A stretch of 42,072 nucleotides of DNA from a virus (Duplodnaviria; Heunggongvirae; Uroviricota; Caudoviricetes): IMG/VR virus record IMGVR_UViG_3300022555_000023, positions 72,095 to 114,166 of that record, one strand, 5' to 3'. The position numbers and the translations under genes are program-made. Below, one piece after another: positions 33,580-40,745 of the stretch. The notes beneath the pieces are model-generated. The model was not told where the DNA came from, made no database searches, and saw nothing but the letters and a program-made list of their open reading frames with translations. Position 1 is the stretch's first letter. Every line of letters starts with the position of its first letter.

Positions 33580-33839
33580 CGTCGAACTCCTTGATCAAGT
33601 TGTCTCCGCGAAGCGATGCTCTGACGCTCGGCAATACGGCAAACTTCAACGAAGTCGGTATTACGCAGTCGGCCCTCTGCGATGTGGCAATCCACACGGT
33701 CGCGGGGCAGGTTGAACTCGGCCATCAGAGTCAGAGCCAGTTGCTCGTATCGCTCCTTGCGGTGCTGACGCAACTGCCGTTTGATGGCCGCGACCTCGGT
33801 TTGGTCGGCGGCGACCAGATCTTTCAGTGCCTGTATCAC
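33576..33839 (-). CDS. Hypothetical protein
   Basis: 87 aa, SD AAGGA. Confidence 0.55.
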   Translation of the reverse strand: MIQALKDLVAADQTEVAAIKRQLRQHRKERYEQLALTLMAEFNLPRDRVDCHIAEGRLRNTDFVEVCRIAERQSIASRRQLDQGVRR

Positions 33840-33850
33840 GTTCAGGTTCC

Positions 33851-33964
33851 TTAGTTCTTATGCTCTTTGAGATGCAGCTTGCGAACCTTGGCCTTCACCA
33901 ACCGCAGCGACTTCTTCACTGGGTTGTTCCTGCTGCTCTTTTTGATGGCTCGTTTACCGTTCAT
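33851..33964 (-). CDS. Small highly basic protein (37 aa)
   Basis: Below the ORF-track cutoff. MNGKRAIKKSSRNNPVKKSLRLVKAKVRKLHLKEHKN; SD AGGTG. Confidence 0.5.
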   Translation of the reverse strand: MNGKRAIKKSSRNNPVKKSLRLVKAKVRKLHLKEHKN

Positions 33965-34202
33965 GGTTCACCTGCTATGCTTAGGAGGTTGGTGGGCGAG
34001 GAGCTACGAGCCCTCGCCCACCTAACCCGTCCGAAGAAAAGACCCCACAAAGCCTCGCTAGGGCTTACCGCCGTGGGTTCAGCGGTTTCCGACCGGCCAG
34101 CGACGAGTCCTGCTAGGTGCTGGCTTAACGGCGGTCGGTGGGTTGCACCAAGGCCCGCGACGATTCTTTGCGGGCTTACCGGCAGGGTGCTATCGGCTGG
34201 CA

Positions 34203-34222
34203 TATCATGCGAATGGCGTGCC
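34203..34222 (-). promoter_or_regulatory. Sigma54-like motif, copy 9
   Basis: (T)GGCACGCCATTCGCATGATA. Confidence 0.75.
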
Positions 34223-34235
34223 AGCCGAATCTGCT

Positions 34236-34541
34236 TTATGCTATGTACAGGCAATACGTGCGGCTGCCGACATCGACCGACCAGCAGTTCGACTCGCCCG
34301 TGCAAATGAACTCGACACCGGCCTCGGCGGCTTTTGCGACCTTGTTGTAGATCAGCTTGACCGTGCGGTCGCTGACGTCCTCGTCAGCCACCGCGTATCC
34401 GCAGCGTCGGGCCGCTTCGGCTCGGTGGGCCGAGGCTACGGTATGCTTGCCGCTGCATCCGCAGCAGCAGGCGTTCGCCCTGCCGCTGTAAACTTGGATC
34501 ACGTCAGCCAGGGCGGACAGTTGAATCGTTGTGGCGGTCAT
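34236..34541 (-). CDS. Cys-cluster hypothetical protein
   Basis: Start ATG 34541 (SD AAGGA); YSGRANACCCGCSG. Confidence 0.7.
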   Translation of the reverse strand: MTATTIQLSALADVIQVYSGRANACCCGCSGKHTVASAHRAEAARRCGYAVADEDVSDRTVKLIYNKVAKAAEAGVEFICTGESNCWSVDVGSRTYCLYIA

Positions 34542-34597
34542 GTTCGTTTCCTTGCTTGGGCGGGCGTTGGCCCGCGAGGTTGTATTTCTAGGAGGCA

Positions 34598-34617
34598 TAT
34601 CATGCGAACGCTGTGCC
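34598..34617 (-). promoter_or_regulatory. Sigma54-like motif, copy 10
   Basis: (TT)GGCACAGCGTTCGCATGATA. Confidence 0.75.
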
Positions 34618-34681
34618 AATTGAATCAAATACCGGAACTTGGTCACCGAGGTTGGTCACTGGCGACTGCCGAAGGGCCAGG

Positions 34682-34710
34682 TTGGTCACAGGGCTGGTTT
34701 GTGCTATTAT
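34682..34710 (+). promoter_or_regulatory. Sigma70-like promoter of the PD-(D/E)XK gene
   Basis: TTGGTC-N17-TATTAT. Confidence 0.4.
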
Positions 34711-34807
34711 GACTGCTGTTCGGCCATACCACCTAACAAACCAAACCTACCCGTCCCGCTGTGCGTCTCCAGTGGTATGGCCATGCACGGCGGGCGGGTG
34801 GAGTCTA

Positions 34808-35326
34808 ATGATGTTAGGCTACTGTGATTTCTGCGGAGGGCGGTACAGCGGCAACGCCAACCAGATGTTCTGCTCTCGATCTTGTGCATCAAACGCGGCT
34901 AGGCGATCAGTGCGGCGACGCATCGCTACTGCCGATCATATCTGGGATTGTTCTGGCACACGATTCCTCCGAACCACATCCGCAACGTCAAGCTGCAAGT
35001 GCAACAGCGATACGGGTGCGGCCCATGAGCTAATCGTTTCTGTCGATATGCTTCGACGTGGGTGGGACGTTTACCGTGCGATCTCGGCGGGGTGTGGGCA
35101 TGATCTCGTTGTGGGTATCGGCGACCGCCTGCTCACCGTACAGGTATCGACTGGCAAAATGTACAAGACCACGAGTCTTGTTCAGCACTGCAAAAACCGC
35201 CAGTTCCAGAACGGTAAGTGTGACGTTTTAGCCCTTGTCACCGGAGACATGATACTCTATGCCTTCAGGTCGCCCGAAGACGAGGTGCTATTTCGGAATC
35301 AGACTGTGGAAGCTCCGCCCGTGTAA
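34808..35326 (+). CDS. PD-(D/E)XK homing-endonuclease-like protein with an N-terminal Zn finger
   Basis: CDFC...FCSRSC, then GAAHELIVSVDMLRRGWDVY...HDLVV...LTVQVST. Start ATG 34808. Confidence 0.7.
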   Translation: MMLGYCDFCGGRYSGNANQMFCSRSCASNAARRSVRRRIATADHIWDCSGTRFLRTTSATSSCKCNSDTGAAHELIVSVDMLRRGWDVYRAISAGCGHDLVVGIGDRLLTVQVSTGKMYKTTSLVQHCKNRQFQNGKCDVLALVTGDMILYAFRSPEDEVLFRNQTVEAPPV

Positions 35327-35439
35327 GCCGCCTGTATAGGCCCGCTGTGCGGCAGGCGGCTCGGGTGGCCCGGTAGCCGCAGTCGGGAACACCTCGCCAC
35401 GTCTGGCCTACAGTGGCCCGCACGCGGCATAAAGTCGCC

Positions 35440-36234
35440 TCACAGCTCCCACGTCGGGCGTTCTTCCTCGATATGGCCACCAATTCGGCGTCGGCGGGGC
35501 TTGGGCACGACGGGCGGCGGGGCAACGCTGGCTGCGTAAACCGCCCCCTCGCGGAATGCCACCTCGGCGGTGTTGGTCTTGTGCAAGACGAGCATATCAT
35601 CGGTACGTCGCACCACGTATCCGTACCAGCGGTTTTTGAACCTCTTACTGCGGTCGGTCAGCAGGTCAGCCCCGAACTCAACCACGTCACCTATTTGCAA
35701 CGGTCGCAGCCTGTAGTAACCGTCGTCGCCGTCGCGCACCCGCATCATCCACGCTCGATCCAGGCCTCCCGGTGCGTTCGGGGCAAGCCGCACAGACGCC
35801 ATCCAGTTCCTGCTGCCGGGCGTCTTCTCATAGACCGGCACCCGCAGTAGCACGTCGCGGCACATCGGGAAATCAAAATCACCAGGCCGCAGGCCCAGAT
35901 TTGCTCGGCGAGTGTCCTCCTCCCATCGCATTCGTACCCATTCTCGTACAGCGTCCCGATAGACAACTAGGGCCTGCCTGACGTCGGGAACCCACGAGAA
36001 GTCCGCGATGGGTACAGTGATGCCGTCGCGTGTGATACCGCCTCGCATATCGAGGACAGCTTCGTCGCGGTCGAGGTCGGCCTGATCGACGACGGCGGCC
36101 CAATCATCCGGTGCGGTCGTTGCCCGGAACACCTCGATATCAAACTCGGCTGCCCCATTGCCGCCGGCGGTCACGTCGGCACGGCGACCGGCCTCGCTCA
36201 GCCTAACTCGGATGAAGACTCGCATGTGGGGCAA
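35440..36234 (-). CDS. Hypothetical protein
   Basis: 264-aa ORF, co-oriented with its neighbours. Confidence 0.7.
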   Translation of the reverse strand: MPHMRVFIRVRLSEAGRRADVTAGGNGAAEFDIEVFRATTAPDDWAAVVDQADLDRDEAVLDMRGGITRDGITVPIADFSWVPDVRQALVVYRDAVREWVRMRWEEDTRRANLGLRPGDFDFPMCRDVLLRVPVYEKTPGSRNWMASVRLAPNAPGGLDRAWMMRVRDGDDGYYRLRPLQIGDVVEFGADLLTDRSKRFKNRWYGYVVRRTDDMLVLHKTNTAEVAFREGAVYAASVAPPPVVPKPRRRRIGGHIEEERPTWEL

Positions 36235-36238
36235 TTGA

Positions 36239-36616
36239 CTAGTCCTCGATGATCATGGTTTTTCTGGTATTCCTGATAAGACCAGACACCGAATCACCGA
36301 AGAACGCGTCGATTTGCTTCGCGTATTTTGCAATAAGTTTCACGCTGAGCCTGCCGCCCTCGTGCAGTGTTTTCCACTCACTGTTGGCCCCGCCCAGCGG
36401 GCGTCCGCTGCCGTCTTCAGCATCGGTCATAAGCTGAGAATGATAGTAGTCGGTACATCCCCTGCCGGCCCAACCCGTGAAGCCCGGCATCCACCACAGT
36501 TCCTTCACGGGCTTTCCGCCCCGCACGAGCCTGACCAGCACCTTGCGAAAATTGCCCCACTCACATCCGCCCTCAACCTTGGGCCGCACGATCTGGTCTA
36601 CGATGGTGATCTTCAT
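36239..36616 (-). CDS. Hypothetical protein
   Basis: Start ATG 36616 (ATGA overlap). Confidence 0.65.
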   Translation of the reverse strand: MKITIVDQIVRPKVEGGCEWGNFRKVLVRLVRGGKPVKELWWMPGFTGWAGRGCTDYYHSQLMTDAEDGSGRPLGGANSEWKTLHEGGRLSVKLIAKYAKQIDAFFGDSVSGLIRNTRKTMIIED

Positions 36617-36915
36617 GATTGTGCTTGCTTCCTGTGCTGGTGGCAGTACCCGTTCGCCTTTGGCTTGCGACTGCACTTGCGAATGCCGAATAAATCGTGA
36701 TCGACGATGTTGGCCTGGCAGGTGATCTTGTCGCTGCCGTCATCGCGGCTCTTCTGCACTTTGACCGCCCCGGCGAACGTCATAAAGAAGGAGTGGCCCA
36801 GCGTGTCGCGGCGAATCGGATCCCGCCATAGCTCGACACCGCCCCTGTCCTGCCTCGCCCAGCCTTTGGCCTTCAGGTGTTTCCGCAGCGGATTAGCCCA
36901 GTCTTTGGATTTCAT
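36613..36915 (-). CDS. Hypothetical protein
   Basis: 100 aa; C-terminal CQA...CSRK...YCHQH. Confidence 0.6.
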   Translation of the reverse strand: MKSKDWANPLRKHLKAKGWARQDRGGVELWRDPIRRDTLGHSFFMTFAGAVKVQKSRDDGSDKITCQANIVDHDLFGIRKCSRKPKANGYCHQHRKQAQS

Positions 36916-36927
36916 AGGTACTTCCGA

Positions 36928-37119
36928 TCAAGATGACTTTCCGTTTCGTTCTACGGGTTGGAGGGTCAGGTCGCCCTTCACAAAGTAAATCTGGCATGTG
37001 TTCGATGATACGTCATCGAATAACAGTGCGTTACTCTTCGCACTCGATCCTGAGAACACCTTCACCTTCGGGTTCTGCGGGTCACGGCTGTTGTGCTCAA
37101 TTACTATGTATCGCATCAT
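36928..37119 (-). CDS. Small hypothetical protein
   Basis: 63 aa, SD GAGGA. Confidence 0.55.
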   Translation of the reverse strand: MMRYIVIEHNSRDPQNPKVKVFSGSSAKSNALLFDDVSSNTCQIYFVKGDLTLQPVERNGKSS

Positions 37120-37152
37120 ATCCTCAATCTGGTCTACTCGTTTCGTTTCACG

Positions 37153-37590
37153 CTAGTTGTCCAGATGCGAGTAACAGCTCAGAACATTATCGTAGGTAGT
37201 CATGGCTGTTTTATGCAGACTCGTGCTAAGAATCAAAACGTCCTGCTGGGGCGGCTGCTCTGGAAACGCATCCAGGCGATTTTGACGACACGCTCGGAAT
37301 ATTGCATTCCAGTCAACCCGTTTGTGAATGAACAGGATGCAGAATATATCTTTCTCTGGTACACCGTCATCTCCGTAAATCCCCACGGGGCACTCATACA
37401 GCACGGATCCATCGACGTCTCCGGTAAGATCGACGGCTGCACCGATAGCCTCCATGACCGACATCGCGTCCTCGCCATCAAATCCAATAGCCATCCACCA
37501 TTTGCGGGAATAGTACTTCGCACGAATTTCCTGGTACATCTCAGGATTGGTGCGGGGTACAGCTACATACTTAACGTCGCTGTCGTTCAT
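37153..37590 (-). CDS. Hypothetical protein
   Basis: 145 aa, SD AAGGAG. Confidence 0.65.
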   Translation of the reverse strand: MNDSDVKYVAVPRTNPEMYQEIRAKYYSRKWWMAIGFDGEDAMSVMEAIGAAVDLTGDVDGSVLYECPVGIYGDDGVPEKDIFCILFIHKRVDWNAIFRACRQNRLDAFPEQPPQQDVLILSTSLHKTAMTTYDNVLSCYSHLDN

Positions 37591-38495
37591 GGCTTGTCTC
37601 CTTGTTGATCATTAGACACGTCCACCGGCCCTTCCTCGCCGGTCGGCTGTTGAAGAACAGCCTCGCGGTGAATGATTGCTCCCTTGATCGGCACGATCTT
37701 GGCCACGGTACGGCCCTCGCCCGTCCACCGCAGGCCCAGGTGCGGGCGGCGATAGTGCGGCATCACCTCGACACGTTTGCCGATATCCCAACCCAACACG
37801 CCGCGACGTTCCGCCTTGGCAACGTACTTCTGGTCACCGCTGCGATCATAGTCGTTCCGGTCGGCGGCGAGGACGATGCGTTCGATCAATTCGGGATCAT
37901 CATCCAGTAGGGACAAGGTGAACACCAGACGCCACACATCTAGCATTAGTTCCTCGGGAATCTGGATGCCGTCCATCGCGGATTCCCGCTTCTTGCAACC
38001 GCCGAAGGTCTCCAGCAGCGGCTGGTCGGGCCGCAGCGGCACCCAGTTCGTTGATACCACGGGCAGGCCGCTTATCGTTTCTCCGTAGTCCTGTGCCGTG
38101 AAATAGGCCGGGTGACCTGCGGTTGTGCTGACCGGACCAACCAGCATCGACCGCAGAGTCACGCCGTCGCGGGTCAACGGGTTTCCTTCCTGCGGGAACC
38201 GCAGACACATGACCTGCTTGGGAGACTTCAGCATCTTGCCCGTGATCTGTGACAGGTCGAGGCGGGTCAGCATCGGGATGATCTTAGGCCACACGTTATA
38301 GAAGGGCCGGTTATGCTCCGCCCACCAGCCTTCCATGAACAGGTGAACGCCCAGCACTTCAGCCTCGGCGGATGTTCCGATGCAATGCATATCACGAAAG
38401 TGGTTCGCGTAGAACACCGCAGATGAGACGCCTCTGGGAACCATGCCCAGGCGTTTGGCCGAAACGTAGAACAGTGGGAACTCGTGGAAGTTCAT
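37587..38495 (-). CDS. Hypothetical protein
   Basis: 302 aa; C-terminal PHYRRPHLGLRWTGEGR segment. Confidence 0.7.
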   Translation of the reverse strand: MNFHEFPLFYVSAKRLGMVPRGVSSAVFYANHFRDMHCIGTSAEAEVLGVHLFMEGWWAEHNRPFYNVWPKIIPMLTRLDLSQITGKMLKSPKQVMCLRFPQEGNPLTRDGVTLRSMLVGPVSTTAGHPAYFTAQDYGETISGLPVVSTNWVPLRPDQPLLETFGGCKKRESAMDGIQIPEELMLDVWRLVFTLSLLDDDPELIERIVLAADRNDYDRSGDQKYVAKAERRGVLGWDIGKRVEVMPHYRRPHLGLRWTGEGRTVAKIVPIKGAIIHREAVLQQPTGEEGPVDVSNDQQGDKP

Positions 38496-38734
38496 CGAGC
38501 CTCCTCAAGGCAGCTTTCAACGAGCGTGCTGAGATTTCTATCGCTGCCTGGTGGGGCGGTAATGACTGGTATGTTGAACCGCTTCGCCAATTTGACCTCG
38601 CGTGCTGTTCCTTCGGCGGGCACGTCCCGCGGCGTCAGCACCACGATGACGTCGGCGTTCATGATCGCGGCATCGTTAATCCGCTGAAGCCCTTCGTTCC
38701 AGCGGCCCTGGATCGCTCGGTGTTGAAGGATCAT
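38492..38734 (-). CDS. C-terminal half of a split nucleoside 2-deoxyribosyltransferase-like protein
   Basis: HRAIQGRW...INDAAIMNADVIVVLTP...EGTAREVKLAKRFNIPVI; ATG overlaps the HNH stop. Confidence 0.7.
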   Translation of the reverse strand: MILQHRAIQGRWNEGLQRINDAAIMNADVIVVLTPRDVPAEGTAREVKLAKRFNIPVITAPPGSDRNLSTLVESCLEEAR

Positions 38735-39174
38735 GTAGTACTCCGTATGCGTCGCCGTTCCACGCCGTGAATAGCGTGATATACCATCTTGATCCAGGCT
38801 CGGAACTGAGCATCGGTCATATTCTGTTTTGCTACGTTACACTGCCCGCACACCACTTGGCAGCTAGGCGGGAATCCTGCGGCAATAAGCATCAGAAACC
38901 ACTGCCGCGTATCATATCCCCGCGTTTTGCGGCAACCGTCACCGTTAGTATGATCGAACTGCAAATTCGTCGTGCTGTGGCAGTAAACACACTCCCTGCC
39001 GTAAGCATCAAACATACGTTCCCGCAACTCCTTGCGGTAACGTTTACCGTTCCTTCGATTTAGGATTTGTGCCTTTTCCTTGTATCGTCCGTAGTGGCAC
39101 TGGCTACAAATGTAATTCCTGTTCCGTTTGTGGCCTTCAGGAACCTCTCGCTCGTTGCATACTCTGCATAGCAT
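38731..39174 (-). CDS. HNH endonuclease with Zn-finger motifs
   Basis: CRVC...CSQC...YGRECVYCHSTTNLQFDHTNGDG...CQVVCGQCNVAK; SD GGAGG. Confidence 0.85.
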   Translation of the reverse strand: MLCRVCNEREVPEGHKRNRNYICSQCHYGRYKEKAQILNRRNGKRYRKELRERMFDAYGRECVYCHSTTNLQFDHTNGDGCRKTRGYDTRQWFLMLIAAGFPPSCQVVCGQCNVAKQNMTDAQFRAWIKMVYHAIHGVERRRIRSTT

Positions 39175-39193
39175 ACTTACGCCCTCCAAACAT

Positions 39194-39222
39194 AGTATAG
39201 GCTATACAGGGCATAATGTCTA
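39194..39222 (-). promoter_or_regulatory. Sigma70-like promoter within the HNH cassette
   Basis: TAGACA-N17-TATACT; the -35 TAG is the stop codon of the N-terminal half. Confidence 0.65.
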
Positions 39223-39558
39223 GACCTGTGGCGAATAGACGGCGAATCCGGCCTTCACCAAGGCCACCCGCACTGCGTCCCGCCACTGCACGTATTCCTG
39301 ATGCCGCAGGCTATCCCACTGACCTTCCTGCCACCAGAACTTGATCGGGCCGGCGAGGACGATGATGGGCGGCTCGCGGTCGGGAGACTCGTCCACCTGA
39401 ATCGCACCATGACCTTCGATGGCCAGTCTATCGATCACGCGACCGCTGGCCGTCACAGGGAAGTGAACCCACGATCCTCTGTCGACTCCGGACGGAGCAC
39501 AGGATCCGCCGCAGGTCGGACAAACCGGGCCTTCGGGGTGCTTGTTGGGGCATGTCAT
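39220..39558 (-). CDS. N-terminal half of the split NDT-like protein (with a Cys-rich N-extension)
   Basis: Start ATG 39558 (ATGA overlap); IIVLAGPIKFWW...WRDAVRVALVKAGFAVYSP(QV*). Confidence 0.7.
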   Translation of the reverse strand: MTCPNKHPEGPVCPTCGGSCAPSGVDRGSWVHFPVTASGRVIDRLAIEGHGAIQVDESPDREPPIIVLAGPIKFWWQEGQWDSLRHQEYVQWRDAVRVALVKAGFAVYSPQV

Positions 39559-40013
39559 GACGCGGTCTCCTCGATGAACTCGACCGTCATCGGCACCCGC
39601 AGGTACGGGTGCAGTTCGTGACTGTCGATCTTGCAGTCGGGCTTGCCCTCGATCTCCCACGGCATGATCTGAAAGCTCTTGCCGAAGGGATGATACTTTT
39701 TCTGCTCGGGCTTGAAGGTGACGCAGTAGCCCGAAACGTACCAGTCCAGGCCCTCATACGACGGGAAGCAGACACGTTCACGGTTGAACACAGGCCGGTC
39801 GCCGAGCAGGTAGATGCGGCGGATGACGTACTTATCGCCCGCCTTGTGTTCACCTCGCTGCACGCCGTCCATGCCCTGCTGCCACTCGCGTTCCTCCTCG
39901 TAATAAGCACCCTCCCAGGTTTGGCCCTTGATGGTGACTCGGCACGGGCGAACGTTGCTAGTATTCGGCAGGCTGCGAATCCACTCGCAGACACTTGGGG
40001 TTCCGATAGTCAT
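39555..40013 (-). CDS. Hypothetical protein
   Basis: 152 aa, SD AAGGA, downstream of motif copy 11. Confidence 0.65.
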   Translation of the reverse strand: MTIGTPSVCEWIRSLPNTSNVRPCRVTIKGQTWEGAYYEEEREWQQGMDGVQRGEHKAGDKYVIRRIYLLGDRPVFNRERVCFPSYEGLDWYVSGYCVTFKPEQKKYHPFGKSFQIMPWEIEGKPDCKIDSHELHPYLRVPMTVEFIEETAS

Positions 40014-40372
40014 GATTCAGTTCCTTTCTGACCAGCGGTATCATGCGAATCGTATGCCGACTCGACAGCTTCGCAGCACTGGACAACCTTTTCAGCGGGC
40101 TGCGTCTGTGCCGCGACGGCCAGCAAGATGTTCGGCAGGGCCTGAGCCAGGGTCGCCCGACTGTTCTGGTACGCGGGTGTGGCAGAGCAGGTAGCCCACA
40201 GTTCAGCGGTGATGTCCTGACCCTCGCCCGGTACTGCACCGAGGTTCTCGTTGTAGCACTTGCGGCCCTCCCGCCACCAGCACCGGCCACACTTGGGTCG
40301 GGCCTCGCTGCCAAGAAACTTGAGGAATTCTTCGTGGTTCATATCACCATTCTCCGCTTCCAAATCTACCAC
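40010..40372 (-). CDS. Hypothetical protein with Cys motifs
   Basis: CGRCWW...CYN...CC; start uncertain. Confidence 0.55.
   Translation of the reverse strand: MVDLEAENGDMNHEEFLKFLGSEARPKCGRCWWREGRKCYNENLGAVPGEGQDITAELWATCSATPAYQNSRATLAQALPNILLAVAAQTQPAEKVVQCCEAVESAYDSHDTAGQKGTES
40039..40058 (-). promoter_or_regulatory. Sigma54-like motif, copy 11
   Basis: GGCATACGATTCGCATGATA, inside the 3' end of the upstream ORF. Confidence 0.55.
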
Positions 40373-40697
40373 CGTCGTAACTCCACTGCGAGTGCGGTGT
40401 CGTCAGGTGTGGGTTGCCCCGCTTGGGCACGTCGTTGGTCGGTCCGTTGTAATACTCCCGGACGAAACACTTCTCGCATAAAATCTCGCCGATCGCGCGA
40501 AACATCGTCTTGTTGTAAATACGGCCCTGCAACGTGATCACTGATCCAGACTCGGGATCGGTGTACATCACGGGCGGGTCTTGGTATCCGACCGCCCCGC
40601 AGGCATCGCACTTGTTACACCAGCCCTGCACCGTGGGCAGTTCCTCATGCAGGTACTGATCGGTCAGCTTCGTCTTGATCTTCCGAAGCTCCATCAC
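40344..40697 (-). CDS. Hypothetical Zn-finger-like protein
   Basis: CNKCDAC...CEKC; SD GAGGTG. Confidence 0.6.
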   Translation of the reverse strand: MMELRKIKTKLTDQYLHEELPTVQGWCNKCDACGAVGYQDPPVMYTDPESGSVITLQGRIYNKTMFRAIGEILCEKCFVREYYNGPTNDVPKRGNPHLTTPHSQWSYDGGRFGSGEW

Positions 40698-40745
40698 CTC
40701 CGCTAGGGATAACGAGGCGAATTACTTTTCATATTCGTTCATGGC

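Larger units (their letters stand above)
38723..39228 (-). mobile_element. 506-bp HNH endonuclease cassette inserted in the NDT-like gene
   Basis: Removing it restores ...YSP|HRAIQG in frame. It carries its own promoter, SD and HNH ORF, and is visibly AT-richer. Confidence 0.75.

Noticed and set aside
35326-35380. GCCGCCTGT...GCAGGCGGC hairpin between convergent genes
   Set aside because: No U-tract on either strand; probably an ordinary transcript-end structure and not supportable as a terminator.
38723-39228. Insert as a group I/II intron, an intein, or an IS200/IS605 element (it ends in TCAA)
   Set aside because: No U|...G or GUGYG...AY ends, only ~50 nt non-coding, and not in frame. There is no TnpA, TnpB or IscB; the TCAA end alone is weak evidence.
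13133-40058. Repeated motif considered as a CRISPR array or direct-repeat element
   Set aside because: Spacing is irregular (hundreds to thousands of bp), the centre is variable, and there are no spacers or cas genes.
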